Source of the DNA: Marsupella aquatica
Taxonomy: Eukaryota > Plantae > Marchantiophyta
DNA: 64,000 nt
Assembly: GCA_973895155.1 (NCBI GenBank)
Contig: OZ316898.1
Coordinates: 3,410,480-3,474,479, forward strand
Direction: 5' to 3'
Both the position numbers and the translations under genes were made by a program. Numbering within the stretch: position 1 is the stretch's first letter; the number at the start of each line of letters is the position of its first letter. Under the pieces are notes generated by a model, which saw only the letters and a program-made list of their open reading frames with translations, made no database searches and was not told where the DNA came from. Shown one piece after another: positions 25,501-36,742 of this stretch.

Positions 25501-27369
25501 TAGAATTGAGATACCAGGCATGCTTGAGATGTCATCCGAGATATCATCTAAAACAAGTAACAAAGTTTTGCCTCTTAATGTAAACCAGTTGGACTCTTCT
25601 GTCACTCTCCTCCCACGACAATGCATTTGTTCCCATACTTTCGTCTTCAGATCCCCTTCAATCTTCTTGAAGTTGGGGACAAAACACGTATACTCAAAAC
25701 GTGGCCCAAGCGTGTTGAATGCTGCCTTTGCGAGGGTGGTCTTGCCCAGGCCACCCATCCCAAACAAACCCAACGCGCGACAGTTGGCTAACTTCCCCAC
25801 GATTTCGTTCAATTGGTCGTCAATACCAGCAATAGATGCTGGGAGGTGCTGGTAGTTTGGAGGATGTTCAGCTTCTTCCTGCGATCATTTTCAACAACGA
25901 TTGTTGACAAGACTTTTTCCAATATCAACTTTGCGCTCAAAGTACGTGAAACACCCTCATGTTGGCTGCCTCATGACATGAATCTACAGTAATAGCTTCT
26001 TCAGAGCAGGGTTAGCATCGTACCGTCATGTCCTTGGCAATGACGTCCAGGAATCCCTTCAATTTGTAGAAATTCCTACAATATTTTCCCCTTGGCTTGC
26101 ATATCGAGAAATGGTCAACATTGGCCATGAGCTGAAAATCCCTCTCTCTGGCGGATGCCTCGGGCGCTATCAGAACATTTTCGGACAGGCCCTGCTCGAA
26201 CAAGTTCAAACAGTCAGTTCAAACAGTTCACAATCGTACGACCGATTTCCGCCCATCTCCACTGCAAACAAAGTTCGCACAGACGGGACTTCTCAAAACC
26301 TCAAAACCTCAAAACCAATTCGATTGCAGATACGTAAACGGTTCTGTTTTTCTCAGCGCTTTAAATTTTGAAATGCCGAAAGGGAACTCGACTCTCCATG
26401 CTCCAGTCCAACTTCACCTCAGCTGAGGTTAGAATTCTTTGAACAACCAACGAATCAAATACCCACTGATGAGCAATCAAGAAATCAATGGAGGAATTGC
26501 ACGTACCAACATTGTAGGCAACCTGGTGGGGAGACCCTCTCCTAGTCCTGCCAACAACCACCGATCATGCATTTTACAAGTATCATTGAACTCTTGATTC
26601 AATCGTGCAGTGTCGTTGCTTAATCTTTTGAAGAACGTCAACAAAGTACTGTTGATGATGTCGGCCAATTTGTGTGCATATTCACTCCCATGATTTGGTG
26701 TAGCATAGAAAAATAGTCCTCTCACATTTCCAAGAAACTTCTCTAGCTTAGCCTTCGCAGAGCCTTGGCTCTTGTAAAGCTTTTCATGTGCTTCAGAGCA
26801 TAATCCTTTTATCACAAGACCTCCGATAGAGTGACCTACTAAAATAACTGGACAGTAAGGTACTTGTCCAATGTTTTGCTCCATGAGGTCAGATAGTAAG
26901 TTCTCTATAACATTATACATGTCAATATTGCCAACAGAGTGGGCATTCAGGGCCCCACTATACGAAGCAGAAAATATATGGGCATCCGGAAACTCGTCAA
27001 CCAGCCACGTTTGTGGCCAGATGCACGAGCCGTCGGCACTTTCCCACGCCGAGATATGGGCATTGGAGTAGTCACCCAACTGCAAACCATGGAAAAATAG
27101 TATCTGCAAGCTTGGAGTCCCGGGTGGCTTGTACAGTTCAAACAGCGACTCATTCACCTGCAATAGATGACACAGTGGCAGACAAAGTGGGGACATATGC
27201 ATGAGCACCTGATTCAACACTCAAGGGCGATCAAAAGATATTGGACCAATTCAAGAACACCTTACTTCTGGAATGACAGGCTGGAGTTCGGATTATGGAT
27301 TACCTGAGCGATTTCCGAAGGCGTAGAAACTAGGGGAGATTTGGACGAGGAGGCCCCCGAACTTGACAT
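22560..27369 (-). CDS. Alpha/beta-hydrolase-NB-ARC-LRR (HNL-type NLR) with a premature stop in the LRR
   Basis: Exons 27369-27304, 27157-26507, 26191-26024, 25878-24820 and 24641-22560, all joined by phase-0 GT-AG introns. Hydrolase motifs FFHG, WPQTWL, GHSIGG, FYATPNHGS, DHFSICKP. NB-ARC motifs GMGGLGKTT, LLVLDD, VIVTSR, GLPLAL, VHE. 24-aa LPESFGxL repeats. In-frame TAA at 23232-23234. Confidence 0.92.
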
Positions 27370-28120
27370 TGTCTTCACTTCACATCGCAGAAGTAAAGGG
27401 ACCCCTTCCCCGACTTCAACAGACTTCACACGGACATTAGCTTGAAGCTCTTCGACCTTTCACTGCGTCGATCGGTCCTTCAAGTAAATCTTTAGGACCA
27501 TTTGTCAGGAATTCCTCATCTCGCACATCCTCTACTTCAATTGCTGGAGAAGCAGAGTTACACAGTGCGCTTTGGCAAAGATTTCCTACAGATCAAAATA
27601 CCTCCAACGTCAAGAACCTGCTCATGGCCGCATCAGCACCACGTTAAGGAAGCCATAGCTCAAACGCAATGGAGATTGTGCTCCTATTAGGAGCCACTCC
27701 CAAAACTTCCCTTCAACAACACGAAACCCTTGGTAAAGCCTTGGGATTCACACAGCAAACTCTGGGAGCATAAATCTGCTCGAAAGGAGCCGCCTTTGCT
27801 GGATCACTCGTTCGGAAGAAAGGAACACGTCGTGCAGCAGGTGGCGAGAGCGAGACCCAGCACAGAACATGAGTTGGCGTCCACTAATTAAAAACTAGAC
27901 TGTGAAGAGGAAAGGCTATTGTAATTGTGGAGACTTTGCAGGGACAGTGAAGAAGGGAACGGACCGCCACCTGGCGTGCGCCTACGGCCAAGGCTTAGTA
28001 TAATAAAATTCTACTCTATCCGGTCCCTCACAAGAGATTCAAAGCTTTCATAATTCTCTATTTATGGACACAAAAAGTTATCTACCAGAGAATTCATAGT
28101 CCATAACTTTAAGAATAGTA

Positions 28121-28228
28121 TAATGTCCTGGTTAGAGGGCATTGTGTGATATAATGCCCGTGAAAAACGAGGGCAGTAGCCCAAGTTTTGAGGGCATTAT
28201 TTTCATAATGCCCGTAACTAGGACATTA
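28121..28228. repeat. Short imperfect palindrome (MITE-like)
   Basis: TAATGTCCTGGTTAGAGGGCATT at the left is nearly the reverse complement of AATGCCCGTAACTAGGACATTA at the right, with nested GGGCATT/AATGCCC pairs. Confidence 0.7.
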
Positions 28229-28259
28229 ATGTAAGTAAAAACTTGAGTGACTTTTCGAT

Positions 28260-28580
28260 AAGAAACAAGAAAAAGTGAATCCTTTAAATAGAAAATTCAA
28301 AAAGAAGAGTCATCCAAAAAGTGTTTGCTATGGAAGTGGCCAAAAATATACCTTTTTTAGTTATATTAGATTCTATTCATATATAATTTGTTAGTATCAC
28401 CATATAAGATTTGGTTATCATCTTGAGATCTTCACTAAATTTATTTATTTATTTGTATGGTAAAATTATATTTAATTTTTACTTTTACTATATTTATGGT
28501 GTTTTGTATAATCCTCTCCTCAAAAAAAGGGGTGCATTATGGAGAATTAATGCACTCAAATATACAAAGAGAAAAGTCAC
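28260..28580. repeat. Dispersed AT-rich repeat, copy B
   Basis: Colinear similarity to 11385-11680. Confidence 0.65.
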
Positions 28581-30097
28581 GAAAGGCTTTACGGATAGGG
28601 ATTAGTATGGGTCCTTATACCATTAGTCGCCTTAGAGCTGGTGAAAGAAAAAAAAGAAAAAAACCTTTTACACAATCTTGTGAAAAAGTTATGACCTTTT
28701 GTTTATGACCAAATGCCATCATCATTTGTAATTTCCAAGCTTTGAGACTCCCTAGTAAAAGGTCTGGAACTTTAAAAAGATCTGAGATAAACTAGATTGC
28801 CACTCTTCTCTTTTTTGGCATAACACCTATCTTGTCACTAAACTAATAGTATTTATCAGAATGCTTTGGCATAATAAATATCTTGTCCCTGAACTTTTTG
28901 TATTTATCACAATGCCACTGTGGGTTGAGAAAATTAACTTGGGTGAGCTCCTTCATATCCAATGTCATCACACCCTGTTTTGTGATCAAAGGCATGGGTC
29001 ATCCTCAAGGTAAATCCAGTAAATCTAGTGTTTTGCTTTGAAGCACATAAAGTACCCTTGCATGAACATTTAATTAGTGCAAAAGGTGAATGGCTTCCTA
29101 GAGCATTGTTATTGGCCTTGATGAAAATCCAGTAGCATAGCTGCCATTTGCCAGGGCTGACCTCTTTGCATTTGGCCAAACCCTGGGAAGAGGAGGCAGT
29201 GGCAGTGCATGTGGACGGGTCAGCAGGCGGTTTTGAAGCATGCCCTTGGCCGGGAGGTAATTGTAGTGTGCAAGCAAATAGGAAAAACTTTCCTGTTAGT
29301 AGTACAAAACCCCACTTCGCTATCAAAGTTAGTTCCTAGCTAGTCAAAACCTGGTTAGTAAAACACAATTTTAGGACTCCTCTTTTGGCTAGCTAACTCG
29401 CTAGCCATCTGGAGTCTTAAAGATGCACTAAAAATACAAAAAATGCAAAAAAATCAAATAGACATTAAGAACGTCTACTGTAGTGCCTCATTAACAATAA
29501 TGTCTGTGCTATCAAATATTCCTGTTTGCTTGCATCATACAATATCTCTCCCCCTGGCACAGGCAGGCGGTGCCAGTTCATGTACTGACTGGGCCTGGCT
29601 GGCATTGGCATCAGCCTGGGATCTTTGCAGGTTTATCTGGGCATTGCGGGTGCTGTTGTTTGGGTTGGCTAGCCGGGAGTTTGGGCTGTTTCTGGGTAGG
29701 GACACTCTTGTTGAATGCCTGGCCTGCTTGGGGAGGGTTTGCAATTGTTAATTACTGACCCTTCATGGGTGGCGTCTTCTCTGGTGTGAGGTTCTTGGTT
29801 TTCGATATCTCCTCCTTGTTTTGTTTTCATTTCCATTTATGTCTCTTCATCCCGCTTTCATCATTTATTTGTCTGTGTATTGCAGGTTGCCAGACTCCAT
29901 GACGTTAGAGTCTAAGTTAAGTTATGTCAAGTGTCCTTAATTACATATTCTTGACAGGTTTCTTTTTTAATGTTTTCATTGGCCTCCTTAATAGCCGCAC
30001 TGGTGACCTGCACCTTCCGGATCGAGATCAGAATAGTTTTTGCCCTAACTTGATTAGTGAAAGTGACATGAGATGGAGAAGGGGCCCCGCCATATTA

Positions 30098-30343
30098 GGG
30101 AGTCTCAAAGCTTCAAATTTGATGGACCTTAATTTAGTAGGCAGCTCGCTGAGTAGTTAAGGTTAAGTTCATAAAAACTATAATGGACTATTCATAATCC
30201 ATAACTTTTGTCATTAAGATGACCACAAGTCACTGTAGAGGGCTAGTGAAATTTTCATTTTTACATAACTCTGTGAAAAAGCTATAGCTATTTATTTATG
30301 GCCAAAAAGTTTCATCCCCCAACTTCGAAGCTTTGAGATGCCC
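30098..30343. mobile_element. Tourist/PIF-like MITE (~246 bp)
   Basis: TIRs GGGAGTCTCAAAGCTT and AAGCTTTGAGATGCCC, with a TTA left flank and a TAT right flank. A partial second copy at ~28665-28752 ends AAGCTTTGAGACTCCC. Confidence 0.65.
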
Positions 30344-32456
30344 TATTAAATACTTTCCAATGGAGAGCCATACCATATTTGACGATGGCAACTGCCATAG
30401 TGCCAGGAGAATCTATGCGGGTGGCCGGTGCAACATGTCATTATATTGGTCGTTGACGTGACATAGACTAACATGAGTTAGTCTCTGTTATAACTGTGGT
30501 ATTCTGGGAATCAATTTAGAAGCTGCCGCATGTTGCAATATCGACCAGAAATTATGGCAATGTGGTAAATCCCTATTTCCAGCTGAGTCTGTTGTTGAGT
30601 AGGATTTTGGATAAGAAAACATGTTTATGCTGGGACTATTAATGTCAAAAGCTCAAACTTTCATTCACCATGGTTTGCTGTGGGTATAATGTAGAATTTC
30701 ATACGAAGACTAGTATGGTGCTCCCTGCGTAAAAGTTAGAAAGTGAAGAGTTATACTTCTCTGATGACACCGAAGGGCTCGTGCACATGTGTCAATATGT
30801 GCCTATTTCCCTCAACTTACATTTATTGACAAGTGCAAGTCAATTTTACGTAAAGAAAATTTTACACCTATGAGGTTGGGTGTCACGTTTAGGGCAGGAA
30901 TGTACAAGGAAGTCACCACTTTTGCGGTTCCATACAAATTTTTGTTTAAATAGGTTTGTGTGTCCTGGGTACTCTAAAGATTTACAAGTATATGTGACAT
31001 GTTTGAGACGTTAATTGCCCGTGATTCACCTAGTGGAGCTCTATCTGCCATTGCCAACACACAACATTCCCCCTATGATACCTCCATAATTGCACGTGAT
31101 GCAAACAATCATAAACCTACACTCTTATAAATAAATGCAAAGTCCATGCTCTAGCACTTTCACGTAGTGCAAACCCTAGCCAAGTACATCCGTTTGCTTC
31201 TTCCCTGGATTGTGCACTTATCCAGAGTCACACAATTTCCACTAGAGAAATGATAAAAGTAGATATGATAATTTCTCTAGTGTAGAAATCTCCACACACA
31301 CGTTTGAAGTCACCCTTTGACTTGCAGCCACATAAATTGCCAAATTTCACCGTTTTGGAAACTTTGGTAGGACATTCTCTTGTTTTCATGGATCAAGCTG
31401 TGAGCAAATCTCCCAGACGGCTGAGAAGTACCCGTTCATGGCAGCCGAGTTTGCATTTCGTGAATTTGAACGCCCTGTCTTTCCCCTTGGCAAAATAAAC
31501 TACAATCATTTAGCAAGGAAGATCTGTCACGCTTTCATGGCACCTCGAATTTGCGAAGTTTGAAAATAAAACACCACCAGCAGGTACATCACCAAAAATT
31601 GGAGCTCACATCTCCGCTCCAGTTTGCAAACTGGTAAGGCTCGAGGGCATGGACAACGGAGAAGTCGTCTGCCCAGTTCTTTGGGAAATCATGAGCACTT
31701 TGGTTTCAAGAGACTTCTCTATGACCGACGAAGCAAATTCAACACGAGCCAGAATCTAGATGAAGCATCATGGGTTCAATCCATTAGTCTTGACAAACTT
31801 GTGATTGTTGAGGAGACAGGAAGATGCAGTAGAGTCAGTCCAGAAAAGGACTTTCAAATAAAGGATCTTCAGACAGCGGCAAAATGACAAGATCACACTT
31901 GTACTTGGTCCCCCAAGCCGTTTTATTACATCTCAACCAAGCTCGTCATTGTATAATTATCAGTGAGAACAAATCTGGTAGAAGACTCAAAAGAGTATAA
32001 ATACAAATCCTCAAATATTTCCACTTGTAGTGATCACGCCCATAATACCTATGGACTTTCAATGGTCAAAATTTCTAGCAACATTGCTATCTGGTGTCAC
32101 CTCGAAACCCGCAGTATCAAATGTGGATATGTTTGGAACAGCTAATTCAGTGTCCCTTCGCTTGAAACGGCACCTGGATTCTAGATGACATTTGATGTGG
32201 TAAAAGTCGTATCCAAGACGAAAGCTCTTACCAACGACTTCATTTAAGTTCCGATCCCAGCTAAACCCTAAACCCTAAACCCTGTGACTCATCACCGATC
32301 CCAAGTCTTCCTCATAAACTTCCTTCCACTCTTAGCCGACTCTTTTTAGATAATTTCCTGGCAAACAATCATCTTGTTTCCCCAAATCTCATATGTGGGG
32401 TTCCTTGCAATCAATCAACCTGTTGCCCTAAATCTCCTTCCATGCATCCCTGCGAA

Positions 32457-34391
32457 TCACTCATCCTGCTTATCCAACTGTTCTTCACAGGATTCCTTTC
32501 CATTATCATGCTTGTGCCTCTTCATATCTATCTCCAAGTCTGCTGCACTATCGTCTTCTCTAACATGCACATTTCCAGCCGCCACAGCCAATTGCTCACT
32601 GGTGGCTCGGATAGGTCGTCCAGCTCTTGGTTTCGGACCCCAGTTTTCCTCAGGGTTTGGTAAGAAGCGCGCTATACCTGACGCCTGTGCTCTGCTTAAT
32701 GCAGAATTGACCTTCGAGAAATTGGCCTCCAACTTCGGCTCCTTGCTCAGAATGACTGTCCCGGGAGTCACTTCAGTTTGTGCCTTGACAGGATGGGTTT
32801 TCACCCAGCACCGCATGATATCCCACAAAACCTCCATGGGAGCATCAGTTTTCACGCCAAGAGGATTTGCATGTGAACTAGAAATACGATAACCAGCATT
32901 GGCCACAGCAGAGCGATATAGTGTAGCAGAGGGTGGAGTGCACTTTAGGGTTCCACTCATACTATGGAGATTCAAATACAATGGAACGTCCACCAGCTCC
33001 TCCGATACAGCAGTCAGGATACTGTGCAGCTTGTCAAAAGCGGGGTAGCGTTTCTTCATTGAAGTTGCTGCAGAAAGTGTGGACTGGATAAAAGCAGGGT
33101 CATGAATGGGAGCTGCCCACATCGGCCCACCCATGTTGAAGTGCTTCCCACATTGCTTGCAGTCAGGCAAAATCGTGGGCCCAGTTCCGGGCATGTATCT
33201 TGCAGTGTTGTTCTTGTAAGCAATTCGTCCTACCGCTTGGAACTGATATGAATCACAGCCGACACATTGGTAAACGTAAGATAATTTGCTGGGAGTTGCC
33301 TTTATCGTTTTGGCGGATGTGAAGATTCGAACAAACACTCTGACGTAGAAATCCACAGAAAGGGACACCAGAGGCACAATATACCGTTTGTAGCGGTTGG
33401 CATGGCTCTCGATGCACGAAAGAAGGATCCTCAGGGCCATTTCATGACAATATTTCCCTCTCAATGGATATGAACCATATTTCGAGTAGCAAACCTCCCC
33501 ATTGTTGCCACAAAGCACTGCCATGTCGGTTGCAGTACAAAGAAGCAGACCCCCATCTGCAATTGTTTGCACTGCTGAATCGAGAAATATGGAAGGAGAC
33601 CCGTATGGGTCGAGATCCACCACATCAAATTCCTTCTCGTGTGTCAGCATGAAGACCCTCGCATCGACATGCTTCGCCTCCACTTTCTGGGCTGCAGTTG
33701 GGCCATTCAATCTAATGTTCCGTTCACAGGCCTCAAACGCCATTCTGTCATTATCGGTTGCAACCACTGACCCCACGGCGTCTATCTCCTTGGCATACCG
33801 CAGTGCACGGAGTCCTGATGCTGCAAGTGCCTCAAGGACGCGTAATGGCTTGACAGAAGAGGAAGGAGCAGCAGCAGAAAAAGAAGGGGAAGTAGAAGAA
33901 TTTTCTGCAGCTGCTCCAGATGGACCAGATGGACCTTCTTCAGCAGCGCCCGCAGCTCCACCAGGAGATTCAGTTGCCCTAGATTCTCCGGTCTGATGAG
34001 GCTCCCTCAGTGTCTTAACATTGTTGTTGGATTTCTTTGCAGCGGCTTCAGCAGTGTATTCCTCCTCTCGTTTGGCAGCAAACGCTCGGATGACAGCAAT
34101 GGATATATCCCGGTTGACAATCTGCGCCTTGTTGTAGAAGACATCGTTTCCCCGGAGCAATATGTCCGCTTCCCCCTCGCGAAGTATTGAATAATGCCCA
34201 TTGGCGGGGTCAGCTAATCCTCCTGACCCATTTGTTGTGGGAGAGCTGTGATCCCCCTCCTTCTTGCCTTTCTTCTTCTGTGGTTCCGTCATGAAGTCCA
34301 CTTTGGACGACAGTCTTGCCGCTGTTACTGCTGCTGCTGTTGTAGGAAAGCGTTTTCCACCAGCAAAGGCGTGGCGACCTTTGCTCAACAT
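32457..34391 (-). CDS. TRM1: tRNA (guanine-26 N2,N2)-dimethyltransferase, single exon
   Basis: First ATG at 34391; the ORF-track start at 34514 is a TTG. Motifs VFYNKAQIVNRDISI, LEALAASGLRALRYAKE, DVVDLDPYGS, GGPMW and ARFLPNPEENWGPKPRA. No introns. Confidence 0.95.
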   Translation of the reverse strand: MLSKGRHAFAGGKRFPTTAAAVTAARLSSKVDFMTEPQKKKGKKEGDHSSPTTNGSGGLADPANGHYSILREGEADILLRGNDVFYNKAQIVNRDISIAVIRAFAAKREEEYTAEAAAKKSNNNVKTLREPHQTGESRATESPGGAAGAAEEGPSGPSGAAAENSSTSPSFSAAAPSSSVKPLRVLEALAASGLRALRYAKEIDAVGSVVATDNDRMAFEACERNIRLNGPTAAQKVEAKHVDARVFMLTHEKEFDVVDLDPYGSPSIFLDSAVQTIADGGLLLCTATDMAVLCGNNGEVCYSKYGSYPLRGKYCHEMALRILLSCIESHANRYKRYIVPLVSLSVDFYVRVFVRIFTSAKTIKATPSKLSYVYQCVGCDSYQFQAVGRIAYKNNTARYMPGTGPTILPDCKQCGKHFNMGGPMWAAPIHDPAFIQSTLSAATSMKKRYPAFDKLHSILTAVSEELVDVPLYLNLHSMSGTLKCTPPSATLYRSAVANAGYRISSSHANPLGVKTDAPMEVLWDIMRCWVKTHPVKAQTEVTPGTVILSKEPKLEANFSKVNSALSRAQASGIARFLPNPEENWGPKPRAGRPIRATSEQLAVAAGNVHVREDDSAADLEIDMKRHKHDNGKESCEEQLDKQDE

Positions 34392-35059
34392 TCTCCGCCG
34401 GGTCTCGCCTTTCTCGACATCCTCCTTCTCAATCTTCACTCCTTTTGCCTCTCTTCTGAACAGAGTCTTTGATTTCTGTGGCTTCGCTCTCGCTTCAACC
34501 TTAAACCCTAACAAGACGGCGGAGCTTCAAAGCGCAATAGCGTCTTCAATCAAAATCCAATTCCTCAGAGCTTTCTAAAAAATGTGCGCACAATGTGAAG
34601 GCGATGGAGTTCTCACTCTGTGCCTTGCTGACTTCAGACCGTGATGGAGAGATTGTGAGTGCTTCTCTGGGTGGTCTTTCTCACTCTCCCCGGAATTGTA
34701 AAAGCTATCGCAGATAACGAGTTCAAGGTTCCAAAGAAAGTCCTCGAGGCTCCCAATGAACCAGAGGTTGTCCAAACTCCGAAAGAGGCAGAGCCCGAGA
34801 CTCCAGCAGCTGAAACCCCCGCAACAACAGAGGCTCCCAAAGTTGAGACTATTCTTCGTAGGGCCCAGGTACTCGGTTTTAGGGCCTTTAAGTTTAAGGC
34901 CCACTGTCCCCAAACCAAAACGTGGTGGATCCAGGTTCTTAAAATAAACCAAAAATGTGATCAAAATAGTAAAAAAGTGTTCTACTTTGTCCACTAAACC
35001 AAAAAAGTGTTCTCTTTTGTCCTCCCCAAACCTGGTGGAGAGTGGTGGTTTTAGACACA

Positions 35060-35800
35060 TTCCCCTCAATGAACTCCTATGTTGTTTACTCTTGAGCTCT
35101 ATCAGGCTTTTCAGTTTACAGCCAGTTTTAGGGTCTCTAGCCAGATTCCCTTCGTGACCCTCCTATGAGTTTTACTCTTGAACTCTACCAGGCTTTTCAG
35201 TTTACAGTTGGTTTAGGGTCTCTAGCCAGATTCCCTTCCGTGACCCTCCTATGAGTTTTACTCTTGAACTCTACCAGGCTTTTCAGTTTACAGTTGGTTT
35301 AAGGATCTCTTTAAGGATCTCTAGGCAGATTCTCCTCCGTGACCCTCCTATGCAATTTACTCATTAGCTCTACCAGGCTTTTCAATTTACCACCCAATAG
35401 GGTTTTTTGTTTGTTGTTTGCTTCTTAGTTTTTTGGTTTTGTTGGGTTACTCCTTGACTTGGTGGGCCTCTTTGGTCTTGCTGGGGTCTTTTCCTTCCCT
35501 TTCTTGTCCCCTGTTGTCCCAATTTATTGGGTTTGGGCTTCTTGGCTCTTTCAGTCTTCCTGCAATTTCCACTTGGCATCCCCATTTATTGGGTTTTCAG
35601 TTACTCTGTATGGCCTTAGTTGTTTTATTGTTGTTGGGATTCTTGGGCTTCTTGGGCTTCTTGGCTCTTTGGTCTTCCTGAGTGTCCCCCTTGTTGTCCT
35701 CATTTTGGGGTTTGGGCTTCTTGCCTCTTTAGTCTTCCTAAGTTTTCCATTTGTCATCCCCCTTTATTGGGTTTCTGGTCTTTGGGATCTTGTCTCCAGG
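35060..35800 (+). mobile_element. 3' fragment of the CRE-type retrotransposon, with an 86-bp tandem array
   Basis: Four units starting near 35075, 35161, 35247 and 35346 encode DPPM(S/Q)FTLELYQAFQF, matching the C-terminus of the 51657 ORF (DPPMQFTTELYQALHF). Downstream TTTATTGGGTTTCTGGTCTTTGGGATCTTGTCTCC matches that element's 3' UTR. Confidence 0.85.
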
Positions 35801-36742
35801 TATGGCACTTTCTGTTCTGTTACAATGTTATGCAAAGACATACCTCATAAGGTTACATAATTACCCCTACCCAGTAGTAGGATCCCTGTCTGTTAGTACT
35901 ATACCTCCTTATTTATATGTTCAGTATTTCACACTCCATGCCCAGTTTGTTGTTTTTCTGTCAGTCATCAAACACAAAAAAAAATTCCAATACAATATAT
36001 ATGTAGTGTTTTGTTTTGTTTTGTTTTTTTCAATGAAAACGGGGGAGCTATATAAAAGCGAAAGACGTGAAATTCACATGGAGATTTTTGTAGAAGTATC
36101 TCAGGACAAGCCTTACCATGGATACAGAAATTGATAGTCTTTACGATACTGAAACCTTACGAATTGGAAGGGAGGGGGGGATTAGTCTGTCACCTCAGCA
36201 AAATGGGGTGGTTCCAGCATTTAACAATCTAATATATATATATATATATCTTCCTACATTGCTTTTGGCGTACCTTATCGTCTTGCAATAACGAGTATTT
36301 GAAGTTTTCCTGAAGTTGGAAGAAGAAGATCAAAGAAGAACTTGGTCACCGATTTGTGCAGTCATTCAGTTCCAAAAACAATTCAACAAATGCTTTACAT
36401 ATGTCAGGTTAAAGATAATCACCAGCAAGACGAGTTTCACTTTTTGAAATTGTCTAAATATTGAACAGCAAACCGAACGTTGTTTCGGTGAGCGCACATA
36501 CGAAGAATCCTTAGAACTCGTTGTCGTAGGGTGCAAGGATTGGTTCTGAACAATGACCCCTGTAGAAACTGTAGATTGTCCATCTTGTGTAGACCTGCAA
36601 CATTAGAAGACATTATAGCCAATACCCCTGTTTCATGCACAGGGGTATTTTTCTACCCACGTGTAATTCCCACAACAGGGTTTTGGAATTCTTGAAAATG
36701 AAATTATAATACAATATGGCCTCTTGAGGAGAAAAATCCGTC

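Noticed and set aside
32262-32283. About three CCCTAAA telomere-type units
   Set aside because: Too short for an interstitial telomere. Such telo-box runs are common in plant DNA.
34659-34997. Glu/Pro/Ala-rich ORF divergent from TRM1
   Set aside because: No ATG start, runs into CRE-derived repeats, and no recognisable homology.
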